From a virus, in the IMG/VR virus record IMGVR_UViG_3300025085_002722, positions 1 through 64,000 of that record: a stretch of DNA of 64,000 nt. One strand, given 5' to 3'. Position numbers and translations under genes: made by a program. Positions 39,031 to 51,299 of this stretch are shown here, in pieces. The notes below the pieces were generated by a model, which was not told the DNA's origin, did not search any database, and saw only the letters and a list, made by a program, of their open reading frames with translations. The stretch's first letter is position 1. Every line of letters begins with the position of its first letter.

Positions 39031-39309
39031 ATGAGAATAGTTGAAGTAGAAGGAGTAATGGAGGCCAAAATGGTCTGGGCCAAGCGAGGCAGTAAAATTG
39101 TTCGTAAGGTCAGATGTACTAGTGGCCCACGCAAAGGCAGAATGGTGTCTAATGCAGGTCAATGCTCAAAACCTATCAACTTAAAAAAACGCATGACGCT
39201 CAAAAAGACCAGAGCAAAAATGGGTAGAAGAATGGCAAGGAGAGCCGCAAGAACAAAAAGGCGTAATCCAGTTAGCAAAAGAGTTGCAAGGCTTAATAGA
39301 AGAAGATGA
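39031..39309 (+). CDS. Small very basic protein (tag MRIVEV)
   Basis: K/R-rich 92 aa; RCTSGPRKGR..C. Confidence 0.7.
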   Translation: MRIVEVEGVMEAKMVWAKRGSKIVRKVRCTSGPRKGRMVSNAGQCSKPINLKKRMTLKKTRAKMGRRMARRAARTKRRNPVSKRVARLNRRR

Positions 39310-42300
39310 AACTAGCAGACTTATACGAATATAACAAAGGAATACAAGACCCAAATTCCAACGCAAAACAGTCAAATAAAAATGACGACGAAATGGAATT
39401 GGAGCCATTCACACCTGACCAAGAAAAGGAAGTAGCAAAAGGTTTTAAGGCACTAGGAGCCAAGTTAGGTCAGCCTATACAAAATCCTAAAATGGCCGCC
39501 AAAGGCATAAACAAGGCCATACAAGGCGACAAGCCAACACCACAGCAATTACAATCAAAATTACCAATTGATGTACAATTAACAAAAGCAATGCAGACTC
39601 CTGCATTGAGAAATCAATTAGCAAACATACTTAAAAAAGCAAACCAAATAGACATCGACGAAAACACCCTTGCTAAAAAAATATTAAAAAAATTAACAGG
39701 TAAAAAAGCACTAACAAAATTCAAAAGAAGATCTAAACTACTCAAAGAAGCAGATCCTACATTATGCGAAATAAATTTTAATAAAAAAGAAATAGTAAAA
39801 GGTTCGTTGGAACTGCCTATAAAATGTGGATTTGAAGCAGAAACATTTTTCTATTCAGTAGAAAGCAGTGGCGCCAGTGACGATGTAGACAACATGAGTA
39901 TCAGTGATATCGAATACGAATACGGTGATATGCCAGATAGTGCATATGAAGATTATCAGTCCTGGTTGTACACTAAAGGGCAAGATGAATACTTAGATGA
40001 CTTAATTACAGACAAAGTAAACGAAGTCAAAGAAGATGAAGACTGGTTAAACGAGTTTATTGACAGTAGCGATGGCCCAAGTTCAGAAGCAATAGAACAA
40101 TACAAAAAAGATTTTGAAGACGCCGATCCCAAAGAATATGAAAACCGTGAAGAAGATGGTTGGGAGTATATGAATTGGGTCAGAGAATATGTTGAAGAAG
40201 AATATGAAAACGAATATTTGATATGGTTAGAGGATGCTGTCAGAGAAGACAGCGACCTAGATCAAGAAGCCAAAGAACTTGCTGAAGGTGATTACAGCAT
40301 GGATGATTGGGTAAACGATACCTATGATTACATGAGTAGTTTCCTCGATGATTATGGTTTTGATTACAGTAGGTCAGGCGGTGATGTTGAAGGTGTAGCA
40401 GATGAATTAAATAACTGGATTAAAGATAATAGTAAATTTACAGACTATCCAGATTCAGGGGAATACGGCGAAACAAATACTACAACTGCTTGGTCAGTTG
40501 AGACTGACAGCAGTATAGATCCGGACGAAGGTGCCGGCGCAGAACTTATTTCTCCTGTATTTGATAGTCCAAGAGATATGCTTGAAGAAATGAAAAGTTT
40601 ATTTGACTGGAGCGAAACAAACTTTGGCACAAACAATTCCACAGGACTACATGTAACAATGAGTTGGCATGGTAAAAATCCTGATACAGTACAAGATGAA
40701 GACGGCGAATTTTGGGGAGATGAACCATCAGGACCAAACAAATTAAAAATGGCATTACTGTTAGGTGATGAATATTTACTTGCAGAATTTGGCAGGTTAA
40801 AAAACAGTTACACAAAAAGTCAATACAATAATGTATTAAAACATGCAGAAGGCATGAAACGTGGTGAGGCAAAAAGTTTTAAAGAATTTGAAAAGATACT
40901 CACAAAAGGCATAGACACTGGCAAGTTTAACAGTATACATTTTAAAAACGAAAAAGACAGAATAGCAGGAACCAATCTTGTAGAGTTTAGAATTGCCGGC
41001 GGTGCAAATTACAATGAAATGTATGAAAAAGTTGTTAAAGCAGTTATTAGATACGCAACTATCATGCAAGCCGGATATGAAAAAGACGCATATAAAAGAG
41101 ATTATGTTAATGCTGTGTTCAGGCTTTTGCGTAAATCACAAGAAATAGACCCTAAAAGATTAAAAGCATTATCAGTTGTTAATCACGAAGTTATAGACTC
41201 TGCTAAAAATATAGTAGGTAAAAAAGACTACTTTGATGTTATTAATTTTTTAAGCAATAGTGTTGAAAGTTTGAGATATTATGAAGAATTAAGCAAACCA
41301 GGTGCTGACAAAGAATGGTTAAAAAGTGTTAAAGAATATGAAAAAAATACTGGTACAAAATTAGATATAAAAGAAGTAGAAGAACGCGAACCAATAGAAG
41401 GTTATTTACAGCCAGACAGAATCAGACCAAGCAAAGGTGCGGCAAGCGAATTAAAAAAAGCACAAGAAAAATTTGCATCGGCTGTTACTATAATAGCAAG
41501 AGATATAGCAGACGGTAATAACAGAAGTACTGTTTCAGCAAAAGATATAGGCGCATTTAGAAAATATGCAAATTTAGTTAAGTTAGATGATAAAGAATTA
41601 GAAAAAATTGTCATGACAAAAATGGATGATTTTAACTGGGGTGATCCTGATAAAAGCAATATTAACAGATTGAAAAAAGGTATAGATACTTTATTCAAAA
41701 GAAATATAATTTCAGAACCAGAATATCTTACACCGCAAGATGCTGACAGGATTGCTACAGGTATGTGGCAATTTTATCAAACAGACGATGTAAAAGACAA
41801 TGCTAAAACTGACAAACTTGCAGAATTATTCATGCAATTAAATCCAAAAAATGATAAACCTAATGTTGTAGATATATTAAAAGATTTAATGCATGAAAGA
41901 CAACAAAATGGATTTAGTGCTAAACTAAAAGGCTCAGGTTGGAATACCGGTATTACTTTGATAGGCACAGGAAAAATTACCACACCAGGAGCATCTGCAG
42001 AATTATTAAAATTCTTAGAACCATATAGTGGTTACAAACACCCAACCGGCAAACAGCATCATATTAATATCAAAAGCGATGACCCTTATGCATCTGTGTT
42101 TGACATGAGACTTCGACAACGTTTAAGAGAAAGATTAGTACATATAAGAGAGTTAGAAACAGACGATCCAGAAAAAGCAACTAAACTACAGCAACAATTA
42201 GTCAAAATTGGACTTGAATTATTAGAAGGCCTAAAGCCTAGACCAGATCTTTGGGATGAAGATGATGACGGATTCGCCCAAATTAGACGGGGTAATGATG

Positions 42301-45300
42301 GAACAGCAGATTTGGCTTCACATAGTGATTTAGAACGTTGGAATAATACTATGGACAGGATTGTAAAATTAGAAAGTGAACTAACATCAAGCGATAAAAC
42401 ATATAATTTTTTTAGTGCGTATGACGACTATATTTTAGGTGTTATACATTTAGATAGATATTATTCTTGGAAAGAAAACAACGGACCTACGCAACATGCT
42501 GTTTTGAAAAACTTACACAAAGAAAGATTTGCATCAATTAAAAAATTCTTATCAGAATTTGATAAAGTATTCCGCAAAGAAGGCTTCTTGGATTTAAAAG
42601 CAGAAATACAAGCAAAAAATACATTAGATAGAAGAAATAGAGACTTTGAAAAGAATGTCAGAGATAATTCAAAAGGAAAACTAAACATACCAAGTCACAG
42701 TTGGATGTACATAGACAAAGACTTTTTTGATACAATAACAGATAAAAGTTATGGTGATAGAGAAGCATATTTAGATAATCATATAGACAACTTTAACAAA
42801 AATGTAAACAATACCAAAGTGTATGTTATACCTTCAAGTCACTGGAGTGATGCCGAAGATGCCACAAACGGTTTAGAACTTATAGATACATTTGAAAAAA
42901 ACAAAAACTATTATCACACTTGGAGAAAGAAAAATTATAAACGAGTAATCAACAAATTCCAGAACACATATGGGTATAGTTGGAAAAATTTAACCGACAA
43001 CGAAAAGTTTTATTCAGGCAACGGAGACTTGTATGCAAAACTCAAAGACATTGGTATCGAAATCACTCACAAAGGCGACAGTAGAAAAGGTGCACCTGGT
43101 CAAACAGATTTACTGTCAGACGAATTAACTAAGAATCCTACCAGCGGTGAACCACTAAACAGAAGTAGTGCAACAAGTTGGTCATTGAACAACGACGAAG
43201 CAAGCCAAAAACAATTTGATGCATTTGATTGGGAACAGTACCCAGCAAAAATGAAAGATATTGTTGCTAAGGTTATGAAGCAAGATCGATATGGTAGTTT
43301 TAAAGTAGCATTAGAAGATGTACTTAGAAAAGTTTTAGATGGTAAAGTGTCAATAGACAAAGAAGATTTAGGAAGACCTATAGACAGAATGGCGAATGCG
43401 GCAGGCATTGAAACAGACGATGGTGGTTCCTCAAACGGTATAGCAAGTAAAACAAATTGGAAAACTTTATCAGACTACTTAAAGATTGAAAGAGGTGTAA
43501 ATGATCAAGGTCCAAACTTACTTTTAAAAGTTTATAATCAATTTGATGGCAATCACGAATGGAGACCTCAAGAAACCGACGAGGATGGTAGAGACGTAAT
43601 TGGATTAAAAAGATGGGCCGCCGCAGTTAAAGAAGCAGAAAAATATATCAGAGACAACTACAATGTAAGTGGAGGAAACTACTTTAGAAAGAATGTAGAT
43701 GGCAGTGACGGCGACAATGTAAGCAGTATGTATAGTAATAATACAATATCAACATCACCAGAAAATGAGTTTGATTCAGATTACGACAAAGCCAGAGCAG
43801 ACCATCCAGGCTTTGATAGAATGATGAATCGTGGTATGCAAAATTACTTAGCACGTGGCGAAGTAAATGACCTAGTAGGATTTTTAAACAATCCAGACAA
43901 TGATAATGTTTTCAAATCGCAGGTTTTAAATACTATAACGAATCGAGGTGATATGGAAAACGGTCCTTTTGCTACTTTCCAAGATGCATTAGCAGTTACT
44001 CGTAGACAAGGCAATGAAAGTGTATTTGATAAATTTGATGCATTGCCTTTACAAGAACAGTTGCGTATTATAAATCAATCAAATGTATTAGAAAAATTTA
44101 CTGAAAGAAAATTATCTAAAGATGAAAAAGAAGACAAAGAAAAATACGTCAAAGGCATGAAGAAAAACAAAAAAGGTTTCAAAAAAAGATATGGAGATGA
44201 CGCAGAAGCAGTAATGTATGCAACCGCAACTAAGATGGCAAAGGAAAATAAAATAAATACTAATATGAAAAATGTTTTTGAACAGTTTGAAAATTTATCA
44301 CTAGAAAAGCAATTAGAAATATTGCACAGTCCTGTAGTAGAAGGATTTTTCAGTGACGTAGATGTTGACATGAGAGAGTTGTCATACAAAGCATTTGCTA
44401 AAAAATATCCAGAATACGCACATTTACATCCTGGTGCAGAAGAGTTATCTACAAAGCCAATCAAAATGAAAAAAGCACCTTACAATAAAGAACAGCATAT
44501 CAAGAACACATTTGCTAAATTTAAAAGAGACCACGGCGAAGCAAAAGCAAAAATAATGTTGGATAAAATGATGCAGAGAGGATACTTTGATAAGGACATG
44601 TCAGAAAGTTTACTGGGCATTGATATTTTAACCAGAACTAAAAAACTCACAGAAAATATGCCTAACAATAATAAATTAGCAATACTAAGAAGATTACTGT
44701 CAAGAACTTTTCCTGTAGGTGACTTAGATATGCAATTCCAAGCATATTTAGCCTTGCCAATACCAAAAATGATGACAGCATTTAGTCAATTAAAAAGCAT
44801 AAAAGGACCAGATGCATGTGCAAGGGATATACTTAGGCATTATGCAAAAAATAGATTACCAGATGCAGAAGTAAAGCAACTTGATCTCAATGAAAGTTAT
44901 ATTAGAGAAGATGCAGATGAAGACAGATTAAACAGTATAATGACTGCATTAGAAAATAATCCAAGTTTTGCAAAACGAGTTTACAAAATGTTAAAACTTG
45001 ATAAAGAATCAGCAGACCATTTGGACATCGAAGATAGACTTAAAAATAATGACACCGGTAAGGAAAACGATCATAGAATTAACAAGAATATCATGAGACA
45101 ATTAGTTACCTCTTTAGAACAACTAGATCATGATTTTGATGAATTAAATTCATTTGTTGAAACTTACGGACACACAGATTATGTAAACACAGAATTATTA
45201 AACAAGTCTGGTGTATTTAAAATTTCAGATATGCTGGTTGGTAGCGACACAGTATCTAAAGAATTTATAGATGATCTTTATGAAAAATTATTTGACTTTA

Positions 45301-45974
45301 GAATTAATATTTCTGGATCAAACAGAGGGCCAGGTGAACTTGGATTATGTTTACTGTCACCTAATGTAGAACTTGCTTCGGTAGGTGATATCAAAGTTAA
45401 TGGCGAAGAAATAGAAGTTAAAGGTGAGGTATCGTCAGGTGGCGGTAGAATGGTTAACGGTATTGACGACTTTAAGTTTAGTGGATTAGCACAGGTCAAA
45501 TCACAACTAGTACCATTTTATGAAAAGCATGATATTCCAGAAGAATTAAGAATTTACAATTTAAAAGGTGCAGTTGGCGGAGGCCGTAATCAGGGTCAGG
45601 CTCATATACTAGATCAAGCACAACAATTAGAACAAGTAAAACAAGGTGTAGGTGCTGAATTTTTAAAATTAATTGTTAGCACATATCAATTTGTTATTGA
45701 CTCAGAAGAAGAAGCAGAATTAACAGGTTCATTTATGAATATGGATAAGACTAGGTTCTTAACACTTGTAGGATTAATGTCATTTAAAAATTATGCATAT
45801 ATGTTAAACAAAAAAGGATTCAATAGATTAATATTTTTAAATTGGAGATATGATAAAGTAGTAAATTGTACAACAGAAGAATTTCCAAAATACAGTGAGC
45901 ATTTAGCATTTACAAGTTTAGATATGGCAGACAGTCAAAATGGTCCAGCAGTACAGGTATCAGTGTTAAAATGA
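39306..45974 (+). CDS. Giant multi-domain protein: amidoligase (COOH-NH2 ligase)-like domain plus C-terminal PD-(D/E)xK-like domain
   Basis: 2222 aa. [29 protein letters not shown] and VEFRIAGG; C-terminal GPGEL...[14 protein letters not shown]; N-terminus MKLADLYE. Confidence 0.78.
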   Translation: MKLADLYEYNKGIQDPNSNAKQSNKNDDEMELEPFTPDQEKEVAKGFKALGAKLGQPIQNPKMAAKGINKAIQGDKPTPQQLQSKLPIDVQLTKAMQTPALRNQLANILKKANQIDIDENTLAKKILKKLTGKKALTKFKRRSKLLKEADPTLCEINFNKKEIVKGSLELPIKCGFEAETFFYSVESSGASDDVDNMSISDIEYEYGDMPDSAYEDYQSWLYTKGQDEYLDDLITDKVNEVKEDEDWLNEFIDSSDGPSSEAIEQYKKDFEDADPKEYENREEDGWEYMNWVREYVEEEYENEYLIWLEDAVREDSDLDQEAKELAEGDYSMDDWVNDTYDYMSSFLDDYGFDYSRSGGDVEGVADELNNWIKDNSKFTDYPDSGEYGETNTTTAWSVETDSSIDPDEGAGAELISPVFDSPRDMLEEMKSLFDWSETNFGTNNSTGLHVTMSWHGKNPDTVQDEDGEFWGDEPSGPNKLKMALLLGDEYLLAEFGRLKNSYTKSQYNNVLKHAEGMKRGEAKSFKEFEKILTKGIDTGKFNSIHFKNEKDRIAGTNLVEFRIAGGANYNEMYEKVVKAVIRYATIMQAGYEKDAYKRDYVNAVFRLLRKSQEIDPKRLKALSVVNHEVIDSAKNIVGKKDYFDVINFLSNSVESLRYYEELSKPGADKEWLKSVKEYEKNTGTKLDIKEVEEREPIEGYLQPDRIRPSKGAASELKKAQEKFASAVTIIARDIADGNNRSTVSAKDIGAFRKYANLVKLDDKELEKIVMTKMDDFNWGDPDKSNINRLKKGIDTLFKRNIISEPEYLTPQDADRIATGMWQFYQTDDVKDNAKTDKLAELFMQLNPKNDKPNVVDILKDLMHERQQNGFSAKLKGSGWNTGITLIGTGKITTPGASAELLKFLEPYSGYKHPTGKQHHINIKSDDPYASVFDMRLRQRLRERLVHIRELETDDPEKATKLQQQLVKIGLELLEGLKPRPDLWDEDDDGFAQIRRGNDGTADLASHSDLERWNNTMDRIVKLESELTSSDKTYNFFSAYDDYILGVIHLDRYYSWKENNGPTQHAVLKNLHKERFASIKKFLSEFDKVFRKEGFLDLKAEIQAKNTLDRRNRDFEKNVRDNSKGKLNIPSHSWMYIDKDFFDTITDKSYGDREAYLDNHIDNFNKNVNNTKVYVIPSSHWSDAEDATNGLELIDTFEKNKNYYHTWRKKNYKRVINKFQNTYGYSWKNLTDNEKFYSGNGDLYAKLKDIGIEITHKGDSRKGAPGQTDLLSDELTKNPTSGEPLNRSSATSWSLNNDEASQKQFDAFDWEQYPAKMKDIVAKVMKQDRYGSFKVALEDVLRKVLDGKVSIDKEDLGRPIDRMANAAGIETDDGGSSNGIASKTNWKTLSDYLKIERGVNDQGPNLLLKVYNQFDGNHEWRPQETDEDGRDVIGLKRWAAAVKEAEKYIRDNYNVSGGNYFRKNVDGSDGDNVSSMYSNNTISTSPENEFDSDYDKARADHPGFDRMMNRGMQNYLARGEVNDLVGFLNNPDNDNVFKSQVLNTITNRGDMENGPFATFQDALAVTRRQGNESVFDKFDALPLQEQLRIINQSNVLEKFTERKLSKDEKEDKEKYVKGMKKNKKGFKKRYGDDAEAVMYATATKMAKENKINTNMKNVFEQFENLSLEKQLEILHSPVVEGFFSDVDVDMRELSYKAFAKKYPEYAHLHPGAEELSTKPIKMKKAPYNKEQHIKNTFAKFKRDHGEAKAKIMLDKMMQRGYFDKDMSESLLGIDILTRTKKLTENMPNNNKLAILRRLLSRTFPVGDLDMQFQAYLALPIPKMMTAFSQLKSIKGPDACARDILRHYAKNRLPDAEVKQLDLNESYIREDADEDRLNSIMTALENNPSFAKRVYKMLKLDKESADHLDIEDRLKNNDTGKENDHRINKNIMRQLVTSLEQLDHDFDELNSFVETYGHTDYVNTELLNKSGVFKISDMLVGSDTVSKEFIDDLYEKLFDFRINISGSNRGPGELGLCLLSPNVELASVGDIKVNGEEIEVKGEVSSGGGRMVNGIDDFKFSGLAQVKSQLVPFYEKHDIPEELRIYNLKGAVGGGRNQGQAHILDQAQQLEQVKQGVGAEFLKLIVSTYQFVIDSEEEAELTGSFMNMDKTRFLTLVGLMSFKNYAYMLNKKGFNRLIFLNWRYDKVVNCTTEEFPKYSEHLAFTSLDMADSQNGPAVQVSVLK
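44253..44267 (+). promoter_or_regulatory. Internal late promoter with in-frame ATG
   Basis: ATAAATA(44253-59)-ctaat-ATG(44265), in frame with the 2222-aa ORF. Confidence 0.5.
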
Positions 45975-47791
45975 GATTATACGAAGTAACTAAACCTGGA
46001 CAATGCCCAAGAACAAAAGCAACCGAATGCAGTTGCGAAAGGCTAAGGCAATTATCAGAAGCAGAAAAGCCTATAAAAGCAGTTGCAGTACTAGAACACG
46101 GCGATGCTAAAGGCATAATTAATTTTGTACAAAAGCCAGGTAAAGCAACAATTATTAGCGGTACTATTAGCGGTTTAACAGAAGGGTTACATGGATTTCA
46201 CATACACGAATTTGGTGATCTCAGTGATGGGTGCGATAGTGCAGGTGGTCATTATAATCCGCATGGTGTCGATCACGGCGATGTAGATAATGGACATATA
46301 GGCGACTTAGGAAATATAGAAGCCAACAGCAAAGGTGTAGCAGAATTTAAAATAAAATCCAAAACAATTCAATTACAAGGTGCTACAAGCATAGTTGGTA
46401 GAGCAGTTGTAGTACACGAAGACGAGGACGATTTAGGTAAAGGTGGTGACGAAGAAAGTTTAAAAACAGGCAACGCAGGTAACAGAGCAGGCTGTGGTGT
46501 AATAACATTATCTGAATTAACAGAATCAGCAATAGCAGATTTAGATAAAAATATAAGCGACAAACATTTCAAAAGAAATGAAATGCCGCAAGTTAAAGAA
46601 CCAGATTTAATAGATAATGAAATACCTTACAAAAAAGGCAAAATAAGTATAGTAAATATCAAACCAGTTCAAACAGATAGAGTACCAGGATTAGCACAAA
46701 AAGTTGCAAAAAACTTTCACGGCAAAGACAAGCCTTTTATACTAGACAAAAACAATTACTTAGTTAACGGACATCATAGATATGATGCGGCTAGATTACT
46801 GGGCATAGAAAAAGTAGATGCAATTAAAGTAGATGTGCCAATTGAATTATTAATGAAAAAATTTAGCCATACAACTAGTGATGCAATGGTCGAACATTTA
46901 AGTGACAAAGCATCGACACCAGAGATACATAACAAAGCATTACAAATGGCCAAAGATGCATACAGAAAGTCTAATGAGCAAATATCATTTACTAAATTAT
47001 ATGATAAAGCATTAGAAATTTTAGAACCTGCAAAAGTAGACGAAAACTTTGCAGACGGTAAGAAGAAAGGTAAAAGTCGTCCAGGCAGAGTTAAAAAAGC
47101 AGGAGCCAGTTGTAAAGGTTCTGTAACAAGTTTAAGAGCAAAGGCTAAAAAGTATAGTGGTGAACGTGGTAAAATGTATCACTGGTGTGCTAACATGAAA
47201 GGTGGCAAGAAAAAGAAAAATGAATCATTATTAGTATCAACATTTGATAATGAGTTTGTGAAAAAAGCAAAAGAATTATACAACGCAGGCCAACAAGGTC
47301 AATTGATTAGACACATATATAAATTTTCTAAAGAAAATTCAGAAAGAATACATCAAAAACCAGAACTGAAAAAGATGCTACAAGATATTTTTTATGAAGT
47401 ATCAGATAATTTTCAAGACGAGGATCAAATAGAAGAACTGCTATTCATAATAGATGATACATTGAGCAACCCAGTCAATGAATCAGCATTTGAAAATTTA
47501 AAATTACCAACTTGGATATCACATACCAGTTTAGAAAAATTATTTGCACAAGAGTACGGTCCTAGATACGGTGACTATGTTGCACATATGGATCTAGACA
47601 GTGACGACGACTTGGCAATGAATGCCAGTGGCATGGGCGATATGGCTTTTGAAATGGTTAAAGCAAATGACATTAAAGTTATGCAAAAATTCTTAGCACA
47701 AATGCCTGTGCAGTTCACAGTAGATGACCTTAGATTAGATAAAGGTATTCAAGTTTGGCATCTAGTTCAACAAAACAAAACGGTACATTAA
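45971..47791 (+). CDS. Multi-domain protein: Cu/Zn superoxide dismutase, ParB/Srx-like domain and small basic module
   Basis: [38 protein letters not shown] and [12 protein letters not shown]; then [17 protein letters not shown]; N-terminus MRLYEV. Confidence 0.88.
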   Translation: MRLYEVTKPGQCPRTKATECSCERLRQLSEAEKPIKAVAVLEHGDAKGIINFVQKPGKATIISGTISGLTEGLHGFHIHEFGDLSDGCDSAGGHYNPHGVDHGDVDNGHIGDLGNIEANSKGVAEFKIKSKTIQLQGATSIVGRAVVVHEDEDDLGKGGDEESLKTGNAGNRAGCGVITLSELTESAIADLDKNISDKHFKRNEMPQVKEPDLIDNEIPYKKGKISIVNIKPVQTDRVPGLAQKVAKNFHGKDKPFILDKNNYLVNGHHRYDAARLLGIEKVDAIKVDVPIELLMKKFSHTTSDAMVEHLSDKASTPEIHNKALQMAKDAYRKSNEQISFTKLYDKALEILEPAKVDENFADGKKKGKSRPGRVKKAGASCKGSVTSLRAKAKKYSGERGKMYHWCANMKGGKKKKNESLLVSTFDNEFVKKAKELYNAGQQGQLIRHIYKFSKENSERIHQKPELKKMLQDIFYEVSDNFQDEDQIEELLFIIDDTLSNPVNESAFENLKLPTWISHTSLEKLFAQEYGPRYGDYVAHMDLDSDDDLAMNASGMGDMAFEMVKANDIKVMQKFLAQMPVQFTVDDLRLDKGIQVWHLVQQNKTVH

Positions 47792-47811
47792 ATATTCAAT
47801 AAATATGTACT

Positions 47812-49269
47812 ATGCAAATAGTACATCACCCTAATTGGTACAGAGATTTTTTAGAAGACATGGCCCGCAGAGGCCCAACTCACTTAAGAGATGCCAGTCA
47901 GCATTGTCCAGTAGATAATACAATCAATAGTTTTACACACTTCTACGGAGATAAAAGTTTTATCAAACCAAGAGATCAAATCGACGAATCCAAAAGTTTC
48001 TTTTATTTAATAAGTATCGATTGCTGTGATGATGACAGTATTGCAGAATTAATTTACTTTGGTAGAGAATTAGTAAATCAAAATTTAGTTAGACCTTACA
48101 TAACACAAGAAGCAATAGATGATCTAAATAATTTTCACAACTGTGGATTAATTATTGAAAATGCGGCAGAAGGACATGCCAGTGACAAACTATTTGATGC
48201 ATTGCATGTGTTAGTAAGTCAGGTTGGCATACCATTTGAAAAAACATATTACACCAACAGCACACAAAATCTAAGAGATATGTATGACAGATACTTGCTC
48301 AATAAACCTTATGCAACCATAGACAAAATTAAAATGTTTAACTGCGGTGGCTGGAATGAATTAGTATGTCAGCAAATGCTCGATGATAATTATCAAATAG
48401 AAAAAGATGAAGACATGTGCGAGTTTAGAGCAGAAAATCTTATCGACTCTGATGAACCATGGAGTTTATCTGTAGAATGCACAAAGCAACTAGAACATAT
48501 TAGAGAAGATGTTAATAAACCGCATTTATTTTTATATAAACATATGAACGCAAAGCGAGGCTTTAGGACTTTGTTTTTAGCATTACTACACAAAGAACAC
48601 TTACTTGATAATAATTTATTTAGTACTCCTGAAGAATGGAGAGGTACACAAAGTAGTGCTGTAAAATACATAAATTCTATTACATGGGACAGGAATTGGG
48701 CAGAGGGGTTTGAAGAACTTTATCCAACATTGTTAAATGTAAAAGGAAAAATACCTACTTATATTGATAGAGAACACAATCATTTAGACTTTGATCCTAA
48801 CACAAATTTTAGTAGCGACAATTATATGTATTACAATGCTAGAAGAAATTGTGATATAGAAATTGTCGGTGAAAGCGAATTCGAAGGTTCTATATTTTTA
48901 ACAGAAAAGTTTCTAAAAGCAATCATATTTAAACAACCCTTTATGATTTTAGGTTCACCTAACAGTTGGACTAAAATTAAAGAAATGGGTTACATATCAT
49001 ACGAGCCGTACATTAAAGAATCATATGATAAAAACGAAGATGAATTGCAACGCATGAATGAAATGATTCAAGAAATAAAACGTTTAAGAGATTTGAAACG
49101 TGACAAACACGCATGGAAAGATTGGTTAGAAGGCATCAATAGAATTGCTGTACAGAATTATAATATATATTTAAATAATTTAATACGTCGTGTGAGAATG
49201 ACCACCTTAGATGATTATGTAGCAGGCACAGGTGAATTAGTAATTCCAATGCAAGAGTTAGGCGATTAA
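47812..49269 (+). CDS. Hypothetical protein, possible glycosyltransferase (GT10-like C-terminal motif)
   Basis: IVGESE..FLTEKFLKAIIFKQPFMILG..IKEMGY..ESYD; late promoter 47799-805. Confidence 0.55.
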   Translation: MQIVHHPNWYRDFLEDMARRGPTHLRDASQHCPVDNTINSFTHFYGDKSFIKPRDQIDESKSFFYLISIDCCDDDSIAELIYFGRELVNQNLVRPYITQEAIDDLNNFHNCGLIIENAAEGHASDKLFDALHVLVSQVGIPFEKTYYTNSTQNLRDMYDRYLLNKPYATIDKIKMFNCGGWNELVCQQMLDDNYQIEKDEDMCEFRAENLIDSDEPWSLSVECTKQLEHIREDVNKPHLFLYKHMNAKRGFRTLFLALLHKEHLLDNNLFSTPEEWRGTQSSAVKYINSITWDRNWAEGFEELYPTLLNVKGKIPTYIDREHNHLDFDPNTNFSSDNYMYYNARRNCDIEIVGESEFEGSIFLTEKFLKAIIFKQPFMILGSPNSWTKIKEMGYISYEPYIKESYDKNEDELQRMNEMIQEIKRLRDLKRDKHAWKDWLEGINRIAVQNYNIYLNNLIRRVRMTTLDDYVAGTGELVIPMQELGD

Positions 49270-49283
49270 AGATAAATACATGT

Positions 49284-49439
49284 ATGCGTATAAAAGAGGT
49301 TGACACAAACATAGATTCGTTCTATAATAGTATCAATGAAACAGTAGCAGGTGCTATTGGTGGTGTTGCGATGCCTCTATTTAAAGAACCAATCAAACGC
49401 AAGCCTAGTAAAAAGAAGAAGAAAAAGAAAAATGCGTAG
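49284..49439 (+). CDS. 51-aa protein missing from the ORF track (tag MRIKEV, poly-Lys tail)
   Basis: GATAAATA-catgt-ATG; MRIKEVDTNIDSFYNSINETVAGAIGGVAMPLFKEPIKRKPSKKKKKKKNA*. Confidence 0.7.
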   Translation: MRIKEVDTNIDSFYNSINETVAGAIGGVAMPLFKEPIKRKPSKKKKKKKNA

Positions 49440-49653
49440 CATAGACAGTAAATACGGATTAACATACATAATGGGCGATGAGATCTCATTTTGTGAAACA
49501 TTAAAAGAGTTTGGAACATATTATAAAAGCAAAATGAATGAAAGACAGGTTCAAATTGCTGAAGATTTAAGAAAAAGAGAGATAATTAAACTAGTAAAAC
49601 TCAAAGATGGACAAACCGGATATAAACTCTATGCATCAACTAAACGAATCTGA
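49432..49653 (+). CDS. Small hypothetical protein
   Basis: Start reassigned to ATG 49432 (MRSIDSKYG), overlapping the stop of the 51-aa gene. Confidence 0.62.
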   Translation: MRSIDSKYGLTYIMGDEISFCETLKEFGTYYKSKMNERQVQIAEDLRKREIIKLVKLKDGQTGYKLYASTKRI

Positions 49654-50050
49654 TTTAAAATCTCAGTTACAAGACATTCTAAGTGGTATTATTTCCACAC
49701 TAGATATCTACGAAGTTATAGATAATGGCGACACATATGACATTGTAAACTTAAAGAACAATGACATTGTGGTTGAAAATATACATCTTAATGTTGTAGC
49801 AGACATATTATCCGCGGCTATGAATACAGGCGAAGAACTAAATATTTCTACTATTGATAAGATACTAGAAATCGAAAGATATGCTGTATCTAAAATGGTC
49901 GAAGTCAAAATTTATGAAGAATTATCAGATAATGCTTCAAGTGTAGACAAATTAGCAATATATGAAACAAAATTAACTGAAGCAGAACATAAATCCCAAC
50001 ACGCAATTACTAATTTACTAAATTATTGCCAACTGTTAATCTCCATATAA
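49607..50050 (+). CDS. Hypothetical protein
   Basis: 147-aa ORF; start uncertain. Confidence 0.65.
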   Translation: MDKPDINSMHQLNESDLKSQLQDILSGIISTLDIYEVIDNGDTYDIVNLKNNDIVVENIHLNVVADILSAAMNTGEELNISTIDKILEIERYAVSKMVEVKIYEELSDNASSVDKLAIYETKLTEAEHKSQHAITNLLNYCQLLISI

Positions 50051-50091
50051 TTATACTTCTTTGATAAATATAACTATTAGAAGGGACTACT

Positions 50092-51297
50092 ATGGAAGTA
50101 AAACATTTAAATTCAGATAACTTAACTAGATTAGGTAAAATACAAAATTACCTAACAGAAAATTATGACATCAACGTCAAAAAAGTTTTACCTAAGCAGA
50201 AGTTAGAACAAGCATATCAAAATGTTGAAAAAAGACTTGTAAATTTAAGAAATAAAAGCAACAAGTTTCAACAAGATCCTAACTATGGTATGAATATTAT
50301 GGTTAGAGATGCATTAGGCATTATGATAAACGAAGGACTATACTACGAAGGTGAAACATATCGCAGACTAATGGATGAACTGTATGAATACAGTTGTCAA
50401 CTTGCAGAAAGCGGCGATGATTATGATACTGTTATGGACAGTTGCAACAAAAAGTATGAGGCTATGCCTGCCAGATATCCAAAGGATATGATACTGGCCG
50501 CTCTTGCTGAAAGACTTATGCCTATGTTTGATGGCTCAATGGCAGTTGAAGAAGACATGGAAGACGAAATACTGGACGTTATTGACGAACCAGAAGTAAA
50601 AATTGATGTAGACAATTCAGAAGAAATCCCTTCAAACTTTGAGTCTGCAACAGAAGAAATGTTAGCAGAATTAATAGGCGATCATTTAAACAAAGGTGAT
50701 TGGAGAGAATACACACTAGGCGAATTATTTGCAGAGTTAGAAAGTGTAGATATAGATAAAGCAAACAAGGTGGAAAAAATGGCAAAAAAATATGGAATTA
50801 CAGACTTAAAGGAAATGAAAGACTTTGAATCATTCTTAGACAATTTAGTAAGCGAAATGGTTTCAGAAGAAACTATTACTGAAGAAATTTCAGGTACTAG
50901 TGTCGAAGAAGCAGAAGTTGTTATGGCGGCAAGAGCATTAAGCAACGACATCCAAGATCACATTGAAAGAATTGGTAGAATGGCAAACGAGGATATACCT
51001 TCAATTGCTGATTCAATGGCACATGAATTTGGTGCACAAAAAGCCGCAGATTTCAAAAATCAAATGGAAGGTTTACTAAGTTCATTATTAGACGCAAACA
51101 AATCATCTAAAGAAGGTGTTGATGCACTTATTGGTACAATGACTGGAGAAGAGTCAGCCGCACCAATGCCAGCAGAAGACCCACTAGCAGGTGACATGAT
51201 GGAACCAGCAATAGACGAACCAGTAGACGATTTTGCTGGTGCAGATGCTGAAGCAGGTCCTGAAGAAGAGCCACTAGGTAGAGCAGAAAAGATTTAA
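50092..51297 (+). CDS. Acidic late protein, possible prohead core/scaffold-like
   Basis: 401 aa, E/D-rich and helical, many xxE sites; late promoter 50064-70. Confidence 0.55.
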   Translation: MEVKHLNSDNLTRLGKIQNYLTENYDINVKKVLPKQKLEQAYQNVEKRLVNLRNKSNKFQQDPNYGMNIMVRDALGIMINEGLYYEGETYRRLMDELYEYSCQLAESGDDYDTVMDSCNKKYEAMPARYPKDMILAALAERLMPMFDGSMAVEEDMEDEILDVIDEPEVKIDVDNSEEIPSNFESATEEMLAELIGDHLNKGDWREYTLGELFAELESVDIDKANKVEKMAKKYGITDLKEMKDFESFLDNLVSEMVSEETITEEISGTSVEEAEVVMAARALSNDIQDHIERIGRMANEDIPSIADSMAHEFGAQKAADFKNQMEGLLSSLLDANKSSKEGVDALIGTMTGEESAAPMPAEDPLAGDMMEPAIDEPVDDFAGADAEAGPEEEPLGRAEKI

Positions 51298-51299
51298 TT

